Source: a virus (lineage: Duplodnaviria > Heunggongvirae > Uroviricota > Caudoviricetes). Taken from it: DNA of 9,239 nucleotides. The notes under the pieces were generated by a model. That model saw nothing but the letters and a program-made list of their open reading frames with translations, did not search any database and was not told the origin of the DNA. The position numbers were made by a program, and so were the translations under genes. This document shows, one piece after another, positions 1 to 6,886 of the stretch. How positions within the stretch are numbered: position 1 is the stretch's first letter; every line of letters starts with the position of its first letter. The DNA lies in IMG/VR virus record IMGVR_UViG_2657245112_000034; one strand, given 5' to 3'.

Positions 1-192
1 TTGTTCTGGTGTTATCGGAGAGGCTTTTGGTGTTTTGCCCTGACGCTCATCACGCAGTTGTTTGACCCATCTTGTCATTGTGGAAAGGCCAACATCCATA
101 GCTTTGGCGGCATCTGCCACCGTGTATGTCTGGTCAACAACCAGTTGAGCGGATTCGCGTTTAAACTCTGCGCTAAAATTTCTTTTTTTCAT
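1..192 (-). CDS. IS3-family transposase OrfA (HTH DNA-binding part), N-terminal 64 codons; 3' part lies outside window
   Basis: Hand translation from ATG (forward cat 190-192): [64 protein letters not shown], matching from memory the IS911 OrfA N-terminus. Not in the ORF track because it runs off the window. Confidence 0.8.
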   Translation of the reverse strand, partial: MKKRNFSAEFKRESAQLVVDQTYTVADAAKAMDVGLSTMTRWVKQLRDERQGKTPKASPITPEQ

Positions 193-264
193 TGGAGCAC
201 CTGTGTTGTTCTGAGGTGAGCATATCACCTCTGTTCAGGTGGCCAAATTCAGTAAACCACTTCA
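1..264 (-). mobile_element. Partial IS3-family insertion sequence (IS911-like), left end only; element continues beyond window start
   Basis: Minus-strand translation of 1..192 is a recognisable IS3-family OrfA N-terminus; terminal sequence on minus strand begins TGAAGTGG (forward ccacttca at 257-264, repeated at 265-272), consistent with IS3-family TG...CA ends. Exact end (264 vs 272) uncertain. Confidence 0.7.
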
Positions 265-292
265 CCACTTCAGAGCAGACGAGACAAAAAGA

Positions 293-865
293 ATGGTTGA
301 CGCATCAGCTCAACCCCATATAGTTGTAACACTTGAGCCAAACCCTTGGGCCGCTTTTTACTTTGATATTAACATTGCTAATACAGGGAACGCACCTGCC
401 TATAATGTTGAGGTTGTGTTTGATCCTCCACTAGTAAATGCGGAGCATAGAGAAAAAAGTGAGATTCCGTTTAGTAAGGTAAGCGTGTTAAAAAATGGGC
501 AATCACTTACCAGCAATCTCTGTAAGTATGAACAAATCAAAGATCAAATTTATAATATTAATATAAGCTGGGCAAGCAAACCTAAATCAAACGATAGAGA
601 AACAAATGAATATGTGTATGACATGGCGACATTTGAAGGAATAAGTTATCTAGGAGCGAGAAGCCCATTGACGCAAATTGCAGAACAAATTAAAGGTATA
701 AGAGAGGATTGGAAACCTATTGCACAAGGAGCTAAAAAAGTAAAAGCAGACGTATATACTTCAAGCGATAGAAACGAAGAACGCACGTATCTGCAAGAGC
801 AACACGATTTGGCAATAAAAAGGAGAGATGAGAAAAGAGAAAAAAGATTAGAGTCTGGTGAATAA
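293..865 (+). CDS. Hypothetical protein, 190 aa from ATG 293 (frame open from GTG 239 inside the IS end); possibly 5'-truncated by the IS insertion
   Basis: ORF track 239..865; first ATG at 293 with weak purine-rich upstream (gacgagacaaaaaga). AT-rich codon usage; charged C-terminal tail RRDEKREKRLESGE. No family recognised. Confidence 0.5.
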   Translation: MVDASAQPHIVVTLEPNPWAAFYFDINIANTGNAPAYNVEVVFDPPLVNAEHREKSEIPFSKVSVLKNGQSLTSNLCKYEQIKDQIYNINISWASKPKSNDRETNEYVYDMATFEGISYLGARSPLTQIAEQIKGIREDWKPIAQGAKKVKADVYTSSDRNEERTYLQEQHDLAIKRRDEKREKRLESGE

Positions 866-874
866 TTTTAAAGG

Positions 875-895
875 GAGTGGGTAACTAACCCACTC
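875..895. terminator. Hairpin between convergent genes (8-bp stem gagtgggt/acccactc, 5-nt loop), possible bidirectional terminator
   Basis: Perfect inverted repeat gagtgggtaactaacccactc lying between the stop at 863-865 (+) and the stop at 914-916 (-); no long T-tract on either side, so weak as an intrinsic terminator. Confidence 0.35.
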
Positions 896-913
896 GTAAC
901 TATAAACCTGTAA

Positions 914-1738
914 TTAATCACTTATTTTTGACAACAGATAATTACTGAACGCACTGCAAGTGACTAACATAAATTTAGCTTCAGCTAAGGTAGGATTTAC
1001 ATCTTCTTCTGTTAGCGCATGACGTATTCCACCCTGATCACTTGTATAACCATAGAGCTGACTAAAAGCGCCTTTCATTGCAGAGTGTATATATCCTTTT
1101 TCCTCTATAGCTTTAAGACAAGCCCCCAAGGTTCCTTTATCATTGCCCGTGATTTTCCTGCATAAAGATTCAATTGCAGAGATAGACTCTTTAATCGAGT
1201 TTCTGTAGTCTGGCTGCTCTCTATCCGTCATTAGTTGTAACGCCCTTTCGAAATGGCTACGCGATGAATCAGTGCCATTATCAACTGCGTTCTGAACACT
1301 TTCAATTTCGTTATCATTTGAAATAGGAGTAATACAACCATTTATTATGGTATAACCAACGCCATGCTTTTTAAAGATGGAATTGAGATGCTTCGATAGA
1401 TTAATATATGAATTAGTTCTCTCAATGATGAACTCAATTAAATCATATACCAAATACCATGCTTCCCCATATATATAATCTCGGATAGCAGTCAGCAACG
1501 TCTTATCACTTTTGTATCCACTTTCATAACGAGGAATATTATCCGCAGGTTGATTTAGATAATATATCCACACAGACTGCGCACATTTTGTTGCTGTAGC
1601 AGTTTGACGATTGTTAGTCCAAAGGAAAAGATATAAGCAATTCCACAATGCCATGCGTGTATCAGAATTAAGATCATTCAGCTGGACATGCTCTCTAACG
1701 TCAACATGACCATACCTCACAGAAAATGGCTTTATCAT
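914..1738 (-). CDS. Hypothetical protein, 274 aa, AT-rich; function unknown
   Basis: Long uninterrupted ORF; ATG at 1738 preceded by purine-rich caggcaggggaaga; W/Y-rich N-terminal half and helix-like C-terminal half. No catalytic motif confidently recognised by eye. Confidence 0.65.
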   Translation of the reverse strand: MIKPFSVRYGHVDVREHVQLNDLNSDTRMALWNCLYLFLWTNNRQTATATKCAQSVWIYYLNQPADNIPRYESGYKSDKTLLTAIRDYIYGEAWYLVYDLIEFIIERTNSYINLSKHLNSIFKKHGVGYTIINGCITPISNDNEIESVQNAVDNGTDSSRSHFERALQLMTDREQPDYRNSIKESISAIESLCRKITGNDKGTLGACLKAIEEKGYIHSAMKGAFSQLYGYTSDQGGIRHALTEEDVNPTLAEAKFMLVTCSAFSNYLLSKISD

Positions 1739-2271
1739 TCTTCCCCTGCCTGATTGTTATGTTCGTTTAAATTATGCAGTCTAAGTTTGATACAATCATA
1801 TATTAAGCAATAGAATCCATAAAGCCCCGTTGGTGGTAAGACAACAAGCGGAGCCTCTTGCGACTTCATCAGGGTTATGTCAGTTAGTGAGGCTTATCAG
1901 GATGACCATGTACCCAAGGGGAGCGAGGCCGAACCGCTGGCAGAGCTTGCATATGGTCTGCAAGTACCGTGACCACCATAAACCTGTTTATCCCCTGCGG
2001 CGTCTCGCGACGGCGACAGAATGGGGGCATCGGGCTAAAATGCGCTGCACTAAAAGTTTTGGGATTGTTTAGAGACGGTGGCTACGTCATAGCTTTCAAG
2101 TTGAGTCAGTACGTGTTTGACGCTTGGAACGACACGCCGCTATGAGTTAACATCCCAATTACCACTATCAACCACAGCGGCTTTTTCAAGGGACATAACA
2201 GAGCATTTCTTACAGGCAAAAGAGACAGATTTAATCGTCTAACTAACTGTATTGTAAGGAATTTAGTAACT

Positions 2272-2292
2272 TGGTGCGAAGGCCGGACTCGC
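2272..2292 (-). other. att-like site: partial copy of a tRNA-Leu (leuX-type) 3' end, probable satellite attachment-site repeat marking the left boundary
   Basis: Minus strand reads GTGCGAGTCCGGCCTTCGCACCA; the 15-nt CGAGTCCGGCCTTCG plus CACCA matches, from memory, the T-arm/acceptor 3' end of leuX (P4 integrates at leuX) with one G missing. Upstream sequence is AT-rich and not tRNA-like, so this is a fragment, not a gene. Confidence 0.45.
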
Positions 2293-2374
2293 ACACACAT
2301 TTAACCTATTGTAAAAATTGAAATTTAATTATAATTAATTCAATTATGCCCCTTTTTGTGCCCCCACCATTCTC

Positions 2375-2583
2375 TGTTCACATTTTGATTTTTGTTGATT
2401 ATTTATCCAAAAATCATCAGAGAAATAGTCAATCTAGTTAGGTTCCGTTAAACGGATCCAAACCGGGACTTGACTCTACAAAAAATACTTTTTTTTCGCA
2501 AAACCATGCACACTATTCACCCTGCCATTTTTAACTTATATATCAATTGTTTACGTGTTAACAGCGAGGTGAAGAGTGAACAG
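2375..2583. repeat. crr-like patch of alpha-iteron-like octamers downstream of the alpha gene
   Basis: TGTTCACA at 2375-2382, TATTCACC at 2514-2521, tandem GGTGAAGA/GTGAACAG at 2568-2583; these resemble the P4 type I iteron TGTTCACC / GGTGAACA in both orientations. Confidence 0.3.
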
Positions 2584-2605
2584 CTATCTCTACATTTGTG
2601 CGTTT

Positions 2606-2632
2606 CCAATAAGAAGCCCGGCATCAGCCGGG
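2606..2632 (-). terminator. Probable intrinsic terminator after the alpha gene
   Basis: Forward cccggc atca gccggg (2617-2632) forms a 6-bp GC stem; on the minus strand it is followed by the U-rich CUUCUUAUUGG, 12 nt after the alpha stop (2644-2646). Confidence 0.45.
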
Positions 2633-2643
2633 TTAGTTAATCG

Positions 2644-4977
2644 TTATTTTAATATTGGCTCATCACACTTGGGCAGCCAGTCTGCATTACTCTCCTCTTT
2701 CAAAGTGAGGTTAGTTTGCATTCCCTGATTAGTTCGCCGTTTCTCATAATGTAGCCCGTACTCCTTCAGCATGACTGGCAACCCTTTGCCAAACATCGTA
2801 AGACTCAGGGTGTTTTTATAGCCATTAGCCTCCATGTATACGAGGTAGGCATGGTAAAGGTATGTACGTGGCTGGCGTGGGACAATATTGGCGTTCCCCA
2901 TAAACATACCGTTGGTGTCAGGTAATGCCTCAAGGTAGCCACAAAAATCAAATGCTGGATCAGCATCACGCTTGATGGTGAGAGCCTCATCAGAATTCTG
3001 CTGCGACTGAAGCAATGTTCTGGCGCTCATCGGATCGCTGAAACGCTGCATGAGCTGACGAACAATCACAGCCAGTTCTCGTGCAATTTTATCTTTCAAC
3101 TGCGGATCGCGTTCTTCCGGTGCTATCTGCTCAGGAAAATGCAGAATAACTCTCCTGCGGGACACACCACCACTGCGATCAGTGAAGCGCATAGGATTAT
3201 TATTTACGGCCAAGATAACCGCCGGAATATGTGTTGAATAAGCATTCTGATATTTGGGGTCCACAGATACTGCATCGCCACCAGTTATAGCCTTAAGCCC
3301 GGCGCCGTCGCCGCTCCACTTCTCCTGATCAGGCAGGCGAATAAGAGAAAAACCTATCAGAGCCGCACGTTCTCGCGGGGACTCCAGCGTTTCAATGGTC
3401 GCAGAGGTGGCGTTATCCTCTCCAGCAAGCATGGTCGCAATTTCAGCCAGAATACTTTTGCCACTTCCACCAGGGCCAGTCACTTCCAGAAAGAGCTGCC
3501 AGTCATAGCGGTTCGCCAGCACCATAAATAACGCTGCAAGAATAATGTCGCGTTTTGCTGGCTTGTGTCCGGCGGCCCGGTCCAGCCAACGCCAGAATGC
3601 CGGGGCATGAGTTTCAAGCGTTTCCCCCTTTACCGGTGGCGTGAAATCGACTTCACACAGGGTACGCAGCCAGTTCTCTTTACAGTGCGGACTAAAAAGC
3701 CCTGTTCGCGTATCGAGAACGCCATTACGAAAACCAATCAGATGACGTGACGGATTTTGCTGCTGCGGAACAATTAACTTTAATGTTTCCACCAGTGAGG
3801 CAATTTTTCCTGAGGAAAACGGTGCCCCGAGGCGCTGGAAAAGGGCTGCGACATCTCGGGCAAAATCTGACTGAGAAATAACTTTCCACGCTCCAGACTC
3901 GTAGCGGGATAAAAGCTGCCCGTTCGGATCAACCGCCAGTGCATCCCTGTAATGCTCCCGAACCCTCTGAGCTTTTTCGCTGACACTCATCGCTGTGAAT
4001 TCTGCTTCACTCATTGTGTCGAAAGGACTGGCGTTATGTGGCTTCAAAGCCTCAAGAATTGCCTTCCGGGTGGATTCCTCTCCGTATTGGGTAAGCGCAT
4101 CATTCCAGTCACCAAAAACCGGTGGCAGCACAATGTCACACTGACTCGCTTTTGCAGCAGTTTCAGCCCTGTTCTGGCCTGAACCATTCAGATCGCGGTC
4201 CGCTGCAATAATTAACTGATATCCCGGATACTTATTATGGGCAACGCTGCTCAGAGAAAGAAAGTTGACCGACGAAAATGCCACCATGACGGCTTCTCCT
4301 GTCAAATAATGAATGGTAAGCGCCGTGGCGTAACCTTCCGCAATCCAAATCCTTCTTACAGAACTCCCGCCCCCTTCTATCAGATGATAGGCCTCCTTAA
4401 CCTGACCTCCTTTAAGAAAACACTTGCTACCATTGCCACTGATGAGCTGAATATTCACCAGCTCCCCGTCAGCGTTATAGAGTGGGACGATCAAATCACC
4501 GGGGCGGAACATCATACCACCGGCCTTATGAGCTGAAGTCAGCTCATGGCAAATATGCTCCGGGAAACCTTTATGTGTAAGATAAGTGTTTCCGGCAGAT
4601 TCACGCGAGGCTTGCAGCAGTCGCGCGGCAAGTGCTGCCGCTGCATCTTTCCCGCTATCGGTATCGGCGGTTAACGTCCTGACCTCGGAATTAACTACAG
4701 ACAGATCATGTGTCAGTCCATGTATCCTGTCAGCTGCTTCACTGATATCCACATTCAGTGCCCTGGTGACAAGCGCTAAACCATCCCCGGCTCCGCACTG
4801 ATTGCAGAACCATGTTCCGCGTCCTTCCTGATCGTCGAAGCGAAAACGATCTTTACCGCCACAGACCGGGCAAGGCTGATGGCGATTTTTCAATATATTC
4901 ACGCCCAGCGCTGGCAGAATCTGAGCCCAGTGACCGCGGGCAGCCTTCACGGCCTGACTGACTTTCATTCCTGACAT
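2644..4977 (-). CDS. alpha: P4 alpha-type bifunctional DNA primase / replicative helicase with C-terminal origin-binding region
   Basis: 777 aa from ATG at 4977 (RBS GAGGGAGAA upstream; ORF track extends to 5028 but has no RBS there). Zn-ribbon CPVCGGKDRFRF...WFCNQCG near N-terminus, Toprim-like IWIAEGYATA...IIAADRD, Walker A GPGGSGKS. Length equals P4 alpha as I recall it. Confidence 0.9.
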   Translation of the reverse strand: MSGMKVSQAVKAARGHWAQILPALGVNILKNRHQPCPVCGGKDRFRFDDQEGRGTWFCNQCGAGDGLALVTRALNVDISEAADRIHGLTHDLSVVNSEVRTLTADTDSGKDAAAALAARLLQASRESAGNTYLTHKGFPEHICHELTSAHKAGGMMFRPGDLIVPLYNADGELVNIQLISGNGSKCFLKGGQVKEAYHLIEGGGSSVRRIWIAEGYATALTIHYLTGEAVMVAFSSVNFLSLSSVAHNKYPGYQLIIAADRDLNGSGQNRAETAAKASQCDIVLPPVFGDWNDALTQYGEESTRKAILEALKPHNASPFDTMSEAEFTAMSVSEKAQRVREHYRDALAVDPNGQLLSRYESGAWKVISQSDFARDVAALFQRLGAPFSSGKIASLVETLKLIVPQQQNPSRHLIGFRNGVLDTRTGLFSPHCKENWLRTLCEVDFTPPVKGETLETHAPAFWRWLDRAAGHKPAKRDIILAALFMVLANRYDWQLFLEVTGPGGSGKSILAEIATMLAGEDNATSATIETLESPRERAALIGFSLIRLPDQEKWSGDGAGLKAITGGDAVSVDPKYQNAYSTHIPAVILAVNNNPMRFTDRSGGVSRRRVILHFPEQIAPEERDPQLKDKIARELAVIVRQLMQRFSDPMSARTLLQSQQNSDEALTIKRDADPAFDFCGYLEALPDTNGMFMGNANIVPRQPRTYLYHAYLVYMEANGYKNTLSLTMFGKGLPVMLKEYGLHYEKRRTNQGMQTNLTLKEESNADWLPKCDEPILK

Positions 4978-4991
4978 GACGCAGTTCTCCC

Positions 4992-5315
4992 TCAGTGTAA
5001 AACCGGCTTTTTGATGTGACGGACGCATAACTCATCCATTACGGCTATTCCGAGCTGGGAGAGTGCGGGACAGGACATTAGAGGGCCGTATTCCATCAGG
5101 TCTGAAAGCAGGGCGCAGGCGATTTCCATGCCTTTTGTTTGCCCGTGCTGTCGCAGATAAAATCCTTCAAGCTCACGGGCAATAGCGGTTTCAATTTCAT
5201 CCAGAGTGAGCTGCAGATGGCGGTTTTGCTGATAGCAGGCACTCAACCAGGCGCAGGCTACCGCGCGGCGATACAACGCTACCCGAAGTGAAAGGGAAAG
5301 AGTGCGTGATTTCAT
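4992..5315 (-). CDS. Hypothetical early-left-operon protein, 107 aa
   Basis: ATG at 5315 with RBS GGAGGTGGTG; start overlaps the upstream gene's stop in ATGA (5312-5315); ends 14 nt before the alpha start. No family recognised. Confidence 0.6.
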   Translation of the reverse strand: MKSRTLSLSLRVALYRRAVACAWLSACYQQNRHLQLTLDEIETAIARELEGFYLRQHGQTKGMEIACALLSDLMEYGPLMSCPALSQLGIAVMDELCVRHIKKPVLH

Positions 5316-5536
5316 TGCACCACCTCCATGTTCATGAGGTCATCCTGGCAACGCTGTACCACGCCATCAAGCTGCTCTGTCATCAGATAAATCAGGGAAA
5401 CCAGTTGTTCACATTGAGCACTGGCAGGTTTTTCGTAGCAATCCTGAAGAACAGCCATTCCAGTGACAAACTCTCCCACGTTACGAAGATGCTTCAGGCG
5501 GAGAATATCGTCATAAGAGATTGCGGCGTGATTCAT
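5312..5536 (-). CDS. Small protein, 74 aa, at the position of P4 epsilon (function unverified)
   Basis: ATG at 5536 (forward cat 5534-5536) with strong RBS GGGAGGTGA; the ORF-track extension to 5575 lacks an RBS. Start overlaps the upstream ORF stop as TAATG. Confidence 0.55.
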   Translation of the reverse strand: MNHAAISYDDILRLKHLRNVGEFVTGMAVLQDCYEKPASAQCEQLVSLIYLMTEQLDGVVQRCQDDLMNMEVVQ

Positions 5537-5727
5537 TAGATCACCTCCCGGACAGGCAGGCGAGCAGCAAGACAAAGCACATACTCATGGACCAGTGAAA
5601 GACGTGCATGATGCTCATTGCTGGCGATGATACGCAGCATACTGATACGTGGTTTACGTTCTGCACGACGAACGGCGGCAAAAACAAATATAAATTGAGG
5701 ATGTGACGGGGCGAGGATCGTAGCCAT
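5536..5727 (-). CDS. Small protein, 63 aa ([63 protein letters not shown]), kil-like position downstream of the immunity RNA region
   Basis: ATG at 5727 (forward cat 5725-5727) preceded by GGAGGT at 7-nt spacing; it is the 3' end of the 234-aa ORF-track frame 5536..6240, the rest of which overlaps RNA elements and vis. Confidence 0.35.
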   Translation of the reverse strand: MATILAPSHPQFIFVFAAVRRAERKPRISMLRIIASNEHHARLSLVHEYVLCLAARLPVREVI

Positions 5728-5764
5728 AAGGGCAACCTCCAATAAGTAGCGGTAAATGCCACCA

Positions 5765-5781
5765 CCGGAGTTCCTACGCTC
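5765..5781 (-). promoter_or_regulatory. seqC-like RNA target element (transcript GAGCGUAGGAACUCCGG)
   Basis: Forward gttcctacgc at 5770-5779 is a 10/10 direct repeat of 5977-5986; it sits in the loop of a stem accacc (5761-5766) / ggtggt (5785-5790). Confidence 0.45.
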
Positions 5782-5789
5782 ATGGGTGG

Positions 5790-5875
5790 TGACCCGAACG
5801 GGGGTAGGAATACCGGCCTTATTGGAAACCGGCCAGCCCGAAGGCTGCCCCGCCCGGACCACCATTATCTGAAAG
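5790..5875 (-). ncRNA. Candidate P4 CI-like immunity RNA (boundaries approximate)
   Basis: No credible ORF; holds the single complementary element (transcript CCGGUAUUCCUACCCCCG, forward gtaggaa 5805-5811) and a CAGCC-UUCG-GGCUG tetraloop hairpin (forward 5834-5847). Matches P4 seqA/seqB/seqC logic. Confidence 0.4.
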
Positions 5876-5930
5876 GGGCTAAGGTATAAGCACCGCAGCC
5901 CGAAAAATGGGTGTGCCTGAGCAACGACGT

Positions 5931-5953
5931 AAAAAAAGACGCACGGCGCGTCT
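5931..5953 (-). terminator. Intrinsic terminator / attenuator in the leader between the seqA-like element and the RNA
   Basis: Transcript AGACGC-GCCGU-GCGUCU followed by seven U (forward A-tract 5931-5937), read directly from the minus strand. Confidence 0.45.
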
Positions 5954-5971
5954 GGTGTCGCCAATAAGTAA

Positions 5972-5990
5972 CTCGGGTTCCTACGCCCGG
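5972..5990 (-). promoter_or_regulatory. seqA-like RNA target element (transcript GGGCGUAGGAACCCGAG)
   Basis: Forward gttcctacgc at 5977-5986; complementary to the UUCCUAC-CCC element at 5801-5816 (about 10 of 11 positions can pair). Confidence 0.45.
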
Positions 5991-6015
5991 CAGCCGATTT
6001 TGCGGCAGCGGGAAA

Positions 6016-6045
6016 ACTATACCTGGAAAAGATATCAGGACGCAA
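6016..6045 (-). promoter_or_regulatory. Sigma70-type promoter candidate (P_LE-like) for the immunity / early-left transcript
   Basis: Minus strand TTGCGT (forward 6040-6045), 18-nt spacer, TATAGT (forward 6016-6021), just downstream of the vis stop; predicted start near 6008. Confidence 0.4.
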
Positions 6046-6080
6046 GCCAGAAAAAAGAAGATGAGACTGCAAAGCAAGTT

Positions 6081-6341
6081 TCACGCATGGCCTCCTTGCT
6101 CGCGGGCAGCAATTCGCGCCGCCATCCATGCACTGACCTCCGACTGTACCCAGGCCACATTTTTTCCACCCAGGGATATCTGCTGCGGGAAGGCATCGCG
6201 GCTGATAAGGTCGTAGATGGTTGAACGGGATAGCCCGCAAAGGTGCATCACTTCAGGTAATCGTATGAAGCGCTCCTGCTGAGCCGGAACCGGGAGCACC
6301 GGAGCAGCTGGTGCCGGGGTGGAAACGGAAATACTATTCAT
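6081..6341 (-). CDS. vis: AlpA/Vis-family helix-turn-helix regulator / excisionase-like protein, 86 aa
   Basis: [50 protein letters not shown] is a typical AlpA-family HTH signature; ATG at 6341 with RBS GAGAGGTAG; Pro/Ala-rich N-terminal tail. Confidence 0.85.
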   Translation of the reverse strand: MNSISVSTPAPAAPVLPVPAQQERFIRLPEVMHLCGLSRSTIYDLISRDAFPQQISLGGKNVAWVQSEVSAWMAARIAAREQGGHA

Positions 6342-6830
6342 CTGGCTACCTCTCTAATATGTTTACAACAGTCCGGGCAATTCCATGCGGATTCAGGTAG
6401 CTCCTTATTATGTTTATATAAGCGGCTCGCGCATGCTTTATTTATTTTGTGTGAAATGTTGATTTCTCAAAAAATAAAACAGCTAAAAACCGTATGAAAC
6501 GAACAAAAACAAACAATTCCTTTATGGAATATAATAAGGAGCATCAATAATAAAAAAGTCTATTACACTAGGCAGGATCACAGCTCAAATCTGAACCAGC
6601 CCATATCATTCAGGGCGTTACATCATAAGCACTAAGACAACACCTGATTAATAAAAGAGCCAAAACGGCCAAAAATAAACAGCTCACCATATGTATCAAT
6701 AAATCCGATGATTAAAGAAATTAAATTACCATCTTACTTCCGCATGTATCCGGATGTGTTTAATGAACATCAGACAAATTCATTTTTATGAATATTTTCC
6801 TGAAATGCAACTGAGTGCAGGGAGGTTGAA

Positions 6831-6847
6831 TGTTTAATTATTAAACA
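6831..6847. promoter_or_regulatory. Perfect 17-bp palindrome TGTTTAAT-T-ATTAAACA, candidate operator
   Basis: 8+1+8 palindrome verified base by base; the half-site TGTTTAAT recurs at 6757-6764 and 6981-6988. Confidence 0.3.
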
Positions 6848-6886
6848 GACATAAGACATCTTTTATTCTTTACATAGAATATGTAT

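Noticed and set aside
1-219. ORF-track 72-aa plus-strand ORF starting at TTG
   Set aside because: Antisense to the clearly recognisable IS3-family OrfA transposase start on the minus strand; Cys/Trp-rich and implausible.
1830-2072. 80-aa plus-strand ORF
   Set aside because: No RBS, Arg/His-rich composition, no recognisable features; kept only as part of an unexplained-region finding.
2106-2300. 64-aa minus-strand ORF
   Set aside because: Runs across the att-like tRNA fragment and AT-rich spacer; no RBS; more likely a chance open frame.
2272-2370. Possibility of a complete tRNA gene at the att site
   Set aside because: Only about 21 nt resemble a tRNA 3' end; upstream sequence is AT-rich with no D-arm or anticodon-arm features, so I call an att fragment, not a tRNA.
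4978-5028. Seventeen-codon N-terminal extension of alpha to the ATG at 5028
   Set aside because: No RBS before 5028 and it would overlap the upstream 107-aa gene; ATG 4977 has a strong RBS and gives the expected 777 aa.
2805-5035. Seven short ORFs (60-99 aa) nested within or antisense to the alpha gene (2805..2990, 3565..3750, 3780..3986, 3952..4182, 4237..4536, 4586..4801, 4853..5035)
   Set aside because: All lie inside the 777-aa alpha coding region with its continuous motif-bearing frame; none has an RBS or recognisable sequence.
5288-5539. 83-aa plus-strand ORF
   Set aside because: Antisense to the coupled 74-aa and 107-aa minus-strand genes; no RBS.
5541-5783. 80-aa minus-strand ORF
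   Set aside because: Overlaps the better-supported 63-aa frame and the seqC-like hairpin; W/C/H-rich composition; no RBS.
5865-6077. 70-aa minus-strand ORF with TTG start just after vis
   Set aside because: TTG start with no RBS; overlaps the promoter, seqA-like element and attenuator hairpin, which are better explained as RNA features.
5907-6224. 105-aa plus-strand ORF
   Set aside because: Antisense to the immunity leader and the vis 3' end; Arg-rich; no RBS.
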